Assembly (NCBI GenBank): GCA_963555825.3
Contig: CAUVXB020000001.1
Location: 544,001-608,000, forward strand
Length of the DNA: 64,000 nt
DNA from: Alphaproteobacteria bacterium
GTDB lineage: Bacteria > Pseudomonadota > Alphaproteobacteria > JAAXGF01
Direction: 5' to 3'
Shown here: piece by piece, positions 9,578-18,690 of the stretch
Position numbering within the stretch: the first letter of the stretch is position 1
Layout of the letters: every line of letters begins with the position of its first letter
Notes under the pieces: generated by a model
Databases searched by the model: none
Told to the model about the DNA's origin: nothing
What the model saw: only the letters and a program-made list of their open reading frames with translations
Program-made: the position numbers and the translations under genes

Positions 9578-10754
9578 ATACCAGTGAGCGCCTGAATTGA
9601 CTCTCGGGATATTCATTGATGGCGGATGATGGCGGATTGTGATTCTATGGTCTCCCACCAGATGTGGGGGATGTCATGGGATCAGCACTCAAGATACGGG
9701 ATGATTTGACGCCTTTGGAGCTTCGGCGCTGGGCTCGCGTGGAATCGTACGGTCGAGCGGCGGCGCGGGCCTATGGGATCGCGAATGCTTTGGAGGAGAT
9801 GCCCCGGGCTGATGCCGCGCGGCTTGCGGGGATGGATCGCCAAACGCTTCGCGACGCGGTTGTTCGTTACAATGCAAAGGGATTGGAGGGGCTTCACGAC
9901 CGTCCAAAGGGCTACTCGCCGCGGCGGCTGACGGCAGACGAGGAAGCGGCGCTGGCGGCGGTCATCATCGCCGGGCCGGAGCCTGAGCGCGACGGGGTTT
10001 GCGCCTGGACCCGGGCCGATCTGTGCCGCTGGCTGGAGGAGCGCTTCGCCAAGACCTACCACCCCTCGAGCATGACCCGGGTTCTACGGCGGATGGGATT
10101 TTCCCGCCAGAAGGCGCGCCCGAGCCACCCGCGAAGGGACGCCGAAGCGCAGGAGCGCTTCAAAAAAGGGGGCTTCGCGACATCCTGAAGGCGACCGCCG
10201 CGGCGCATCCCGACAAGCGCCTACAGCTGTGGTTTCAGGATGAAGCGCGCGTCGGCAACAAGGGCCGGGTGTGTCACCGGTGGTGGCGCAGGGGCGAGCG
10301 TGCCCCCGGGACGCGTCAAATCGGCTACCAGTGGGCCTACATCTTCTCCGCCGTGCGCCCGGACACCGGCGACGACGTCACCCTGGTGATGCCGAGCGTC
10401 AACGCCAAGGTCATGGACCTGTTTCTCGCACACTTCGCCGATACCCTGGACCAGGATGCGCACGCCGTCATGATGTGCGACGGCGCCGGTTGGCACGACG
10501 AGCGCGCCCTCACCGTCCCCGACAACGTCACCTTGGCGCTGTTGCCGCCTTACAGTCCCGAACTCAACCCCGTCGAGCGGGTTTGGCTCTACCTACGCGA
10601 ACGCTTCCTATCGCTCCGCGTCCTCGACGACACCGAGGCCATCATCGACGCCTGTTGCCAAGCATGGATCGACCTCATCGCAGAACCGGATCGTATGCGA
10701 ACCCTCTGCGCCTATCCATGGATCATGAAGGTGATTTCATAGGCTCACTGGTAT
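9578..10754 (+). mobile_element. IS630-family element
   Basis: IRs ATACCAGTGAGC / GCTCACTGGTAT flanked by duplicated TA (9576-9577, 10755-10756). Confidence 0.92.
9676..10742 (+). CDS. IS630 transposase expressed by -1 programmed frameshift
   Basis: OrfA (HTH) 9676-10188 and OrfB (FQDEAR, DGAGWH, PPYSPELNPVE) joined at slippery AAAAAAGGGGG (10162-10172). Confidence 0.85.
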
Positions 10755-10782
10755 TAGGAGGGATTTCGACATGGGAGGCGAC

Positions 10783-11793
10783 ATGAAAATCTGCGTTGTC
10801 GGCGCCGGCGCCATCGGTGGCTTGATGGCCGCGAAGTTGAGCCTGGCCGGCGAGGACGTCACGGTCGTCGATCAGGGCGCGCATCTCGCGGCGATCCAGG
10901 CCGATGGGCTCAAGCTCGTCTGGCACGACGGCAGCCTGCTGCACGCGCGCGACATCAAGGCAGCCGCGAGCCTTGAGGACGCCGGGCCGCAGGACTTGGT
11001 CATCCTGGCGCTCAAGGCGCACTATCTCGAAGCCGTCGCGCGCCAGATGCCGGCGCTCACCGGGCCGGACACGGCGATCTTGACGGTGCAGAACGGCATT
11101 CCGTGGTGGTACTTCCACAAGCATGGCGGGCCGTTCGACGGCCATCGCCTGGATTCACTCGATCCCACCGGCCTTCTGCAGAAGCATATCGACGGCGACC
11201 GCATCGTCGGCTGCGTCGTCTACCCGGCCGCCGAGGTCACCGAGCCGGGCGTCATCCGCCATGTCGAGGGCGACCGGTTCCCACTCGGCGAGCTCGATGG
11301 CGAGACATCCCAGCGCGCGAAAACCCTCTGCACGCTGCTCGAAGGCGCCGGTTTCCGCTCGCGCGTAATCGATGACATCCGATCCGAGATCTGGCTCAAG
11401 GCGTGGGGCAATCTCTCGTTCAACCCGATCAGCGCGCTGACCCAGGCGACACTGGTCGACATCTGCCAGTTCGGCGAGACGCGCGCGCTCGCGGCGGCGA
11501 TGATGGGCGAGGCCCAGGCGATCGCCGAGCAGCTCGGCGTCAGCTTCCGTCACACCATCGAGAAACGCATCGCCGGCGCCGAACAGGTCGGCGCGCACAA
11601 GACGTCGATGCTGCAGGACGTTCAGGCGGGCCGTTCGCTCGAGGTCGAGGCTTTGTTGGGCGCGGTCCTCGAAATCGGCGCGCTGACCGCGACGCCGGCG
11701 CCGGCGATCCAAGCGGTTTACGCCTGCGTCAAGCTGTTGAACAAGACGATCTTGATGCAGGGCACGGGCATTAGTCCGAGCGCGGTCGCCTGA
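10783..11793 (+). CDS. Ketopantoate reductase family (PanE/ApbA; PanE2-like)
   Basis: GAGAIGG, LTVQNGIPWWYF, WLKAWGNLSFNPISAL, TSMLQD..GRSLE. Confidence 0.88.
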   Translation: MKICVVGAGAIGGLMAAKLSLAGEDVTVVDQGAHLAAIQADGLKLVWHDGSLLHARDIKAAASLEDAGPQDLVILALKAHYLEAVARQMPALTGPDTAILTVQNGIPWWYFHKHGGPFDGHRLDSLDPTGLLQKHIDGDRIVGCVVYPAAEVTEPGVIRHVEGDRFPLGELDGETSQRAKTLCTLLEGAGFRSRVIDDIRSEIWLKAWGNLSFNPISALTQATLVDICQFGETRALAAAMMGEAQAIAEQLGVSFRHTIEKRIAGAEQVGAHKTSMLQDVQAGRSLEVEALLGAVLEIGALTATPAPAIQAVYACVKLLNKTILMQGTGISPSAVA

Positions 11794-11805
11794 CCGCAGC
11801 CCGGA

Positions 11806-12687
11806 TCAACCGAGCGCCGCGCGCAAGGCGGCGATGTAGTCGGGGCCGATGCCGCAGCAGCCGCCGATGATGTCGGCGCCGGCGGCGCGCCAGTCGCGCG
11901 CGAGATCGGTGTAGATTGCCGGGCTCATGTCTTCGCGAATCGGCTGTTCGCCTTCGGCGCCCATCTCGTAATCGGCTGACACGGGCACGAAAGCGTTGGC
12001 GTAGGCGCCGACGCGAGCACTGGTCGCGGCGCGCAACGCGGGCAGTGCGCGGGTCACCGCTTCGGGGACGCAGCAGTTGAACAGCAGGGCCTCGACCGCC
12101 AGGCCATCGAGCGCCGCCAGCGCCTCGGCAACCGTCTCGCCCGAGCGCAGGCGGCCGTTCGCCGCGTCGTCGAGTGACCAGCTGACCCAGACGGGCTTGC
12201 CGGTCGTTGCCGCGCCGCGCGCGGCGCCCAGTGCCTCGGCGGCGCTCGACATCGTCTCGCAGATCAGCAGGTCGACGCCGCGCGCAAGCCGCCGGGCGAT
12301 ATGGCTGTAGACCTTCGCGATCTCGTCGGGCGCGCCGACCTTGTCGGGACGGTAACTGGTGTCGAGCGGCGGCAGCGATCCGGCGATGCGCACCGGGACG
12401 CCGGCCTTCTCGCGCGCCTCGCATGCCAGCGCGACCGCCGTGTCGGTCAGTTCGTCGAGGCGGTCCGCCATGTCCTCCATCGCCAGCAGGCTGGGCACGA
12501 CGCCGTAGTTGCTGGTGGTGATCACGTCGGCGCCCGCCGCGATGAACTCGACGTGGATGTCGCGTACCGCCTCGGGGTGATCGATCAGCGCCGAGCCCGA
12601 CCAGATCGTCGCCGCCTCGATCAGCCCGCGGCGCTGAAGCTCTCGGCCCATGCCGCCATCGAGCAGAATGAAATCGGGTGCTGTCAT
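11806..12687 (-). CDS. Homocysteine S-methyltransferase family protein
   Basis: LLDGGMGREL, AGADVITT, ETMS, Zn ligands FNC and IIGGCCG. Confidence 0.9.
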   Translation of the reverse strand: MTAPDFILLDGGMGRELQRRGLIEAATIWSGSALIDHPEAVRDIHVEFIAAGADVITTSNYGVVPSLLAMEDMADRLDELTDTAVALACEAREKAGVPVRIAGSLPPLDTSYRPDKVGAPDEIAKVYSHIARRLARGVDLLICETMSSAAEALGAARGAATTGKPVWVSWSLDDAANGRLRSGETVAEALAALDGLAVEALLFNCCVPEAVTRALPALRAATSARVGAYANAFVPVSADYEMGAEGEQPIREDMSPAIYTDLARDWRAAGADIIGGCCGIGPDYIAALRAALG

Positions 12688-12709
12688 CGGAGGTCGTCCG
12701 CCATGGCGC

Positions 12710-14932
12710 CTATTTGGTCAGCGCGATGTAGACACCATCCCAGTCGGGTGGCGGCGGCGTGATTTCGAATTCGGCGATGCGCGCCTCATATAGATCATAA
12801 AGGGCGTTCAACTCGTGCCGCGCGCCGGCAATACGGCAGCGGGTGATCTGTTCGCGCGCCTCGCGCCATCGCTGCCCGCGATAGGCGTCGAGCATTCGAC
12901 TGTGAAGTCCGCTCAACTTCTGAAACGCGTCGTCCCGGGTGAGCTGCGCCAACCCGATGAGGGCATAGATACGCGACGCCAGCGCCTTGCCCTTGACCCG
13001 GATGAGGTCGAGCTCGAGCACGGCGAGGTCGTCGGCCATCTCGTAGGTGTTGTCGCTGACGATGATGGTGACGCCATAGGTTCGGCACTGGGCCTCGAGT
13101 CGCGAGGCGAGGTTCACGTCGTCGCCGATCACTGAATACATGAAGCGCTGGTCCGAACCCATGTTGCCGACGATGCACTTGCCGGTGTTGAGGCCGATGC
13201 CGATATCGATGTCGACGAAGGGCTTGCCTTGCTCGGTGGCGTCCTCGCTGAGTTTCTTGTTGAGCTTCTCCAGGCCATCGAGCATGTCGAGCGCCGCGTT
13301 GCACATGTGCCGCGCGTGGTCGTCATCGTCGAGCGGCGCATTCCAGAACGCCATCACCGCGTCGCCCATGTACTTGTCGATGGTGCCGCCCGATGCGAGG
13401 ATGCGGTCGGTCATCGCCGTGAAGTAGCGGTTGACGATATGCGTCAGCCCCGCGGGGTCGTCCTTGAAGGTTTCCGATATCTGCGTGAAGCCGCGGATGT
13501 CCGAAAACAGGATCGACATCGGCTTGATCTCGCCGCCGAGCTTCAACTGCTCGGGGTGCTCGGCGAGCTGCTCGACGAGCACCGGCGACAGGTAATGTGA
13601 GAAGGCGTCGCGCACTTGGCGGCGCTCGGACTCGGAGCGCAGATAGACCAGCAGCGTTTGGGACAGGAACACCATGCCCGCGACGAGCGACGGGACGACC
13701 GGGTCGACCAGCCAGCCGAGCGTGTCGAAGGCGTACCATGATCCGCCGACCGCCACCACCGTCGTCAGGCCGCCCAGCAGGGTGCTCCAAATTGCGCCGA
13801 TGCGCGGCAGCATGAGAGTCAGCGCGAGCCCCAGCACGAGCATGAAGAGGAGCTCGGCGCCGGTGGCGAAATCGGGCCGCTGCAGGAACTCGCCGGTCAT
13901 GATGTGCTCGATGACCTGGGCGTGGATTTCCACGCCGGGGGTGACTGGATCGAGCGGCGTCGCCCGGATGTCGTGCAGGCCCTGGGCACTGGTGCCGACA
14001 AGGATGATCTGTCCCCTGACCCTTTCAGGATTGAAATCTGGTTCCAATACTTCCCAGGCCGGGATGTAGCGATTGGGCGTCCTCGGTGAGTAATGCACGA
14101 AAAGGCGGCCGTTCGCGTCGGTCGGTACGACCAGCCTGCCAATTCGAATGTTGTTGATTCCGGTCTGCTTGCCGAACGCCGTCTCACCGCTCGCACCGGA
14201 CGATTTGATCAGGTGGCTTTTGGCGCCTTGGGCGACGCGCAATGCCTCGGCCGAGAGTGAAGGGTAGAGCGTGTCGCCGATGCGGACGACCAGCGGGACG
14301 CGCCGGATGACTTGGTCGCGGTCGGGCGTGCCGACCAGCGAGCCGTTGCCCGCCGCGGCGGCCTCGATCTCGGGCAGGTTGGTGGCGGCGCCGCCATAGG
14401 CCACCATGAAGGGCCGCGGGTCGTCGCCGGCGAAGGCGACGGTGCCCTTGACCATGGGCAAATTGGGGCCCGGTTCACGGGTCAGAATGAATCCCGTCAC
14501 GACGCGCGCCTGGGTCATCGCTTCGGCGAGCATGCCGTCGTGCGACGGCAGCGCATCGACGCGTTTGCGCAGGGCTTCGACCTCGGGAAGCGGCGGCCAG
14601 AGTGGCAGGATGCGCTCGGGCGACGTGCGGTCGTGCTCGGCGAAGACGATGTCGAGCGCGATCACCGCGGCGCCTGCACGGCCTAGCCGGCGGACCAGAT
14701 CGGCCATGGTATGGCGCGGCCACGGCCATTGACCGAGCCGCGCCAAAGACTCCTCGTCAATGTCGACGATCTTGACCGGCAACGTCGGATCGTAGGGACG
14801 CGGTTTGATGCGCTGGTAGGTGTCGAAAATCAGCCAGCGGACCTGCTCGATCGGCAGCGGATCCTGGACGCGCACGACGAGCCCCAGGAACAAGATTAGA
14901 TAAGGGATAAGACTCAGAAGACGGCGTTTCAT
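12710..14932 (-). CDS. CHASE2-domain membrane adenylate/guanylate cyclase (class III)
   Basis: DIDEESL..LGQWPWPR and PGVEIHA (CHASE2), 3 TMs, FSDIRGFT, DKYMGDAVMAFW, GDDVNLASRLE. Confidence 0.95.
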   Translation of the reverse strand: MKRRLLSLIPYLILFLGLVVRVQDPLPIEQVRWLIFDTYQRIKPRPYDPTLPVKIVDIDEESLARLGQWPWPRHTMADLVRRLGRAGAAVIALDIVFAEHDRTSPERILPLWPPLPEVEALRKRVDALPSHDGMLAEAMTQARVVTGFILTREPGPNLPMVKGTVAFAGDDPRPFMVAYGGAATNLPEIEAAAAGNGSLVGTPDRDQVIRRVPLVVRIGDTLYPSLSAEALRVAQGAKSHLIKSSGASGETAFGKQTGINNIRIGRLVVPTDANGRLFVHYSPRTPNRYIPAWEVLEPDFNPERVRGQIILVGTSAQGLHDIRATPLDPVTPGVEIHAQVIEHIMTGEFLQRPDFATGAELLFMLVLGLALTLMLPRIGAIWSTLLGGLTTVVAVGGSWYAFDTLGWLVDPVVPSLVAGMVFLSQTLLVYLRSESERRQVRDAFSHYLSPVLVEQLAEHPEQLKLGGEIKPMSILFSDIRGFTQISETFKDDPAGLTHIVNRYFTAMTDRILASGGTIDKYMGDAVMAFWNAPLDDDDHARHMCNAALDMLDGLEKLNKKLSEDATEQGKPFVDIDIGIGLNTGKCIVGNMGSDQRFMYSVIGDDVNLASRLEAQCRTYGVTIIVSDNTYEMADDLAVLELDLIRVKGKALASRIYALIGLAQLTRDDAFQKLSGLHSRMLDAYRGQRWREAREQITRCRIAGARHELNALYDLYEARIAEFEITPPPPDWDGVYIALTK

Positions 14933-14938
14933 GGCCGC

Positions 14939-14967
14939 ATGGTACGCAAGCGAGGCGGCCGACTAAA
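14939..14967 (-). promoter_or_regulatory. Putative sigma70 promoter for a leaderless cyclase transcript
   Basis: TTTAGT-N17-TACCAT ending 6 nt before ATG 14932; no SD. Confidence 0.35.
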
Positions 14968-15030
14968 CAGTTCTTTATAGGGCACGCCCGGAAACCGCTT
15001 CAGGCTGCGTTGCAATGCCGCAAGGTCAAG

Positions 15031-15939
15031 TTATAACTTACCCTTACCCTTGCCCTTTGTCTTGCCCGGCGGCTCAAAAGTCACCGGGTCGCGGTTTTTC
15101 GTCAGCCCGTCGGGAATGCTTTTAATGAAAGGCTTTGGCACGAACCCGGCGCCGGTCAGGATCGGAGCGAATCCGCCGACCGTGGGCGGCGGTGGCGGCG
15201 GCCCACCGCCAGGCGGTGGGGGTGGTGGCGGCCCGCCGCCTCCTCCGCCGGGATCCGGGACGCTCGTCTGTTGGGGAACATTCTGCACCGGCACGAGCCG
15301 TTTGCTGTTCAGGAACAACGCGTAGAGTGAATTGTCCGCCTCTTCGAGGACAATCGTGCCTGAGGTGTCGTCGCTTTCAACGTTAGAGAACTCAGAACCG
15401 TCGGTAACGACGTAGGTGCCCGGTTGGTCGAGCGAGATGCACTCGCCGCCCGAATTGCAAATGTCGGCGGCGCCGTGTACCAGCTTCAAGAGCACGTTGT
15501 TCTTGTTGACGCGCCACTCGATGATCGTGCCGCGCACGCCCATGGTGGCGATCGGTGTTTCGATCAGGTACGACGACGGATCGACCGAGCCTGTAATGAA
15601 GCGGAACGCCCCCTTGGTGGTCGACAACACGAACTCGCCGGTGTTGCTGTCGGGATCGAAGACGAACTTGTCGAGCATCATGCTCGAATCGGGACCCATG
15701 GTCAGGGTCGTTTCGTCGAGGAACATGAGCTGGGTCGTGCTCTCTTTCCAGGTTTCGATCGTCTCGTCCTGGAAGATGCCCGAGCCGATGCCGAGCTCGC
15801 GCGGGTCTCCGCCAAGTGTCCCGGTCACTTTGTTTGTTACAGAGGAAGTTACGCCAATATTCTCCGCTGCCGTCGCGGAGACGGCGGAATACAAGACCAG
15901 ACTCGCCGCGACGGCGATCGATCCGTAATTGGCGCGCAT
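15031..15939 (-). CDS. Exported FecR-domain protein with Gly/Pro-rich C-terminal tail
   Basis: Signal peptide; FLDETTLTMGPDS, GAFRFITG and TPIATMGVRGT motifs; TGATG coupling to the upstream gene. Confidence 0.88.
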   Translation of the reverse strand: MRANYGSIAVAASLVLYSAVSATAAENIGVTSSVTNKVTGTLGGDPRELGIGSGIFQDETIETWKESTTQLMFLDETTLTMGPDSSMMLDKFVFDPDSNTGEFVLSTTKGAFRFITGSVDPSSYLIETPIATMGVRGTIIEWRVNKNNVLLKLVHGAADICNSGGECISLDQPGTYVVTDGSEFSNVESDDTSGTIVLEEADNSLYALFLNSKRLVPVQNVPQQTSVPDPGGGGGGPPPPPPPGGGPPPPPPTVGGFAPILTGAGFVPKPFIKSIPDGLTKNRDPVTFEPPGKTKGKGKGKL

Positions 15940-17198
15940 CAGAACCTCCAAACCAATGATACACCAGCTACGTGATTTTCAAAATCCTCAAAATCGTCGT
16001 TAGAGAGATTGGTTTGATACTGGTAGGACACGATAATGTCTTGGTTCTCGAGCAACACGCGCGAGAAGATGATCTGCGCACCAGGCGAAAGGTAAACATC
16101 CTCGCGATCCTCCGACGTTTCCCGACCGGCCGGGTCGATCACCGACTCGTTGTAGTCCTCGTAATACCCGGTCAGATTGACGCCGATGTAGATTTCAGGC
16201 GTGAACGGGAAGTAGTAGTCGTCCCGACCGCCAATCTGCTGATAGTTGAGTGGAAAGGTGTCGCCGCTGGCGCCGGTGCCCGTACCGCCAGCACCCTCGG
16301 TGCCGTTAAAACGATAGAGCGGATTGAGAATCAGCGAATCATTTGCCGTGGCTAGGCCAGTGATCACGAAGCGCGGATTGATCTCGAGCACGTAAGCATT
16401 GCTCCCGGCGATTTCGTCGTCGATCCGGTCGAAGACGGCGCGCAGGTTGAGGCTCTCGAAGACACCGCCGTTGGTCGCTTCAATAGCGACCGAGAACGCG
16501 CCCTCGTAAAAGAACTCCTCGCTGTCCAGAATTGCGTAGGATGCGCCGACCGCCGGATGGATGTCCCAGCCCTCGGTTAGCTCGAACACAGGCCCCGTCC
16601 GCATCCCGAGGTTGACGAAGTCAATCTCGCCGAACTTGGCGTGCCAGTTGCTGAACAAATCACCGTTGGTGCGCCACCTGGTCTCGCCGAACTTGCGATT
16701 GTCGGTGACGAGGGCTCGGCCGGACAGAACGCTATCGTCAGTGCTGCTGTTCGTGTCGACCTCGTGCTGTGGATTGCTTTCGTACTGCCCGCCGATCACG
16801 ACGGTGATCTCGGTCTTGTCGGGCTCGAGCAAAAGCCGGCGCACGCGGCGGATGCCGTTCTGGGCCTCCTCGTTGTCCGGGTCGGTCGCGAGAATGCGTT
16901 CGTAGGCCGCCAGCGCCTTGCGCAGCTCGCCGCGCTCGCGCGCCAGGCTGGCGTAGCGGAAGTTGAGGTCGGTATTGGTCGGATCCTGCAGCAACTGCTC
17001 GAACACGCGGCGTAGTTCCTGCCGTGTCGGCTCCTGCGCCCAGGCGTCGCCGGACGCCAGAGCCATTGCCGCCGCCATGACCATGAACACGAATGGATGT
17101 ACGCCGAGTCGAAACCGTCGGGCCAAAGCTCCCCTCCCACCTACTCGCCAGCGAGCCGACCCGAAATTGATCGGCACACCGGAAGAACTAAGTACCAT
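15939..17198 (-). CDS. TPR-repeat outer-membrane beta-barrel protein (start may be ~17084)
   Basis: Signal-like AMALASGDAWA|Q; TPR DPTNTDLNFRYA..ALAAYERILATDPDN; alternating beta-strands; C-terminal VSLVWRF beta-signal. Confidence 0.8.
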   Translation of the reverse strand: MVLSSSGVPINFGSARWRVGGRGALARRFRLGVHPFVFMVMAAAMALASGDAWAQEPTRQELRRVFEQLLQDPTNTDLNFRYASLARERGELRKALAAYERILATDPDNEEAQNGIRRVRRLLLEPDKTEITVVIGGQYESNPQHEVDTNSSTDDSVLSGRALVTDNRKFGETRWRTNGDLFSNWHAKFGEIDFVNLGMRTGPVFELTEGWDIHPAVGASYAILDSEEFFYEGAFSVAIEATNGGVFESLNLRAVFDRIDDEIAGSNAYVLEINPRFVITGLATANDSLILNPLYRFNGTEGAGGTGTGASGDTFPLNYQQIGGRDDYYFPFTPEIYIGVNLTGYYEDYNESVIDPAGRETSEDREDVYLSPGAQIIFSRVLLENQDIIVSYQYQTNLSNDDFEDFENHVAGVSLVWRF

Positions 17199-17240
17199 CT
17201 AAAATTCTGCGTTAAGTAACCATAACTTAGCGGAATTTGG

Positions 17241-18690
17241 GGCGATGTCCCTATCTCTGTTGAAATTCGTGGGGCAGGCGTCGCTGGTTGATGATGCTAT
17301 GCTGCCTTCATGATGGTTTCAATGGCACTGTCGGCCTGAGCCTTTCTCAAGTGTTCCTGGAGAGCATTTCGGAGGATGGGCAGCTGACGATAGGCCTTGA
17401 GGCGACGGAAGGTTTTCTGGGCCTCCAGCAGGCCGGCGGCGGTCCATCTGAGCGCCATCTCGGCGTGTCTCCAGCGTTTGACGTTGCGGGTGACCTGGCG
17501 CACCGTGCCGAGCGCGTTCTCGACGATGTTGGTGCAGGCGAGCGAGCGCCGGAGTTCGTGCGGCAGGCCGAGGCGGATGACGGTGAGGATCTCGTCCAGC
17601 CCCTCCAGGATGCTGCCCGAGACGCCCGGTTCCTCATGCTCCAGACGCCGGGCCAGGTTGCGCAGCAGCCGTTCGGCCTTGTCTGCGTCGTCCTGGTCCC
17701 AGGCCTGACGGAGCGCCTTCTTGACGCTTGCATGCAAATGCAGGGGCAGGCGCTCGATGATGTTACGGCCCTTGTGGACCTGGCAGCGCTGGATGGCGGC
17801 GGCCACACCGAAGGTGTTGCGGATCGCTTTGCTGAGCGCCTTCGCGCCATCGACGATGAACAGCCGGGGCAGCGTCGGATCGAGCCCCCTGGCGAGGAGA
17901 TTGTCGAGCAAGGCCTGGACGACGACAGTGTTCTCCGTCGCCCCCTCGACCACGGCCAGGACATGCTTGTCGCCGTTGCCATCGACGCCGATCGCCGCCA
18001 CCAAGACATGGTCGCCGACATGCAGACCGTCGATCTGGATGACCAGCAGGTCGAGCTCCGAGAGGTCCGAGGCGAGCCAGGCCTTCATCTTCTTGCGCGA
18101 CAGCGCCACAAAGCGCCGGGAAACGGCCGACTTCGAGGTGCCGTCGCCACGCGCTTTCGCCAGGTCGCCCTCGGGCAGACGGACCGCGCGGTGGTACTTG
18201 CGGGTCGACACGTTCAGGACCATCAGGTTGAGCGCCCACTCGAGCAACAGGTTGCCGTCGCGCAGCACCTGCCAGCTCTCCAAACCCACCTCCTTGCCAG
18301 CATGGTCGCGAACCCGTGGCCGCTGCACTTTCACGCGGCCGCCGTGGTAGCCGATCTCGCTCTGCGTATGGCCCCAGCGATAACCCCGACGGTTCCCATG
18401 GCGACGATGTCGGGCCCCGCACACGGTCGTGGCGTCCTCCTCCATCATCTCGGCCAAGGCCTCGACCCCGGCCAGGAGACAGAACCGATCCACGCTGAGA
18501 CGGACTGCGTCCATCGCGTCTGCCAGCGGCGGCATAGGAAACGAGGTGGCAAGGGCTTTCGGGCTACTGGAACTACGGATATTCTTTCCCATGGTGTCGT
18601 TCTCCCTCTTGGGTTTGCAGCACCCGGAGCCTAACGGCTCCAGGAGAGCGACACCTACCTCAACTTTTCAACATCGACCGGGACATCTCC
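17241..18690 (-). mobile_element. IS256-family element (complete, no TSD)
   Basis: 25-bp imperfect IRs GGCGATGTCCCTATCTCTGTTGAAA / GGAGATGTCCCGGTCGATGTTGAAA; the two flanks differ. Confidence 0.9.
17297..18592 (-). CDS. IS256-family transposase
   Basis: QIDG, IVDGAKAL, QRCQVHK and CTNIVEN motifs. Confidence 0.92.
   Translation of the reverse strand: MGKNIRSSSSPKALATSFPMPPLADAMDAVRLSVDRFCLLAGVEALAEMMEEDATTVCGARHRRHGNRRGYRWGHTQSEIGYHGGRVKVQRPRVRDHAGKEVGLESWQVLRDGNLLLEWALNLMVLNVSTRKYHRAVRLPEGDLAKARGDGTSKSAVSRRFVALSRKKMKAWLASDLSELDLLVIQIDGLHVGDHVLVAAIGVDGNGDKHVLAVVEGATENTVVVQALLDNLLARGLDPTLPRLFIVDGAKALSKAIRNTFGVAAAIQRCQVHKGRNIIERLPLHLHASVKKALRQAWDQDDADKAERLLRNLARRLEHEEPGVSGSILEGLDEILTVIRLGLPHELRRSLACTNIVENALGTVRQVTRNVKRWRHAEMALRWTAAGLLEAQKTFRRLKAYRQLPILRNALQEHLRKAQADSAIETIMKAA

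Noticed and set aside
15180-15255. GGC/GGT-rich tract as a DNA repeat or contingency locus
   Set aside because: Mixed codons encode poly-Gly/poly-Pro; there is no exact repeat unit.
17211-17226. CtrA box or Clr/CRP box upstream of the TPR-barrel gene
   Set aside because: Two mismatches to TTAA-N7-TTAA and wrong spacing for TGTT-N8-AACA; kept only as an unassigned dyad.
1-18690. Composite transposon or inversion bounded by the two inverted IS256 elements
   Set aside because: The transposases are clearly different isoforms, and no flank pair in the window forms a matching TSD. The left end of the first IS is outside the window.
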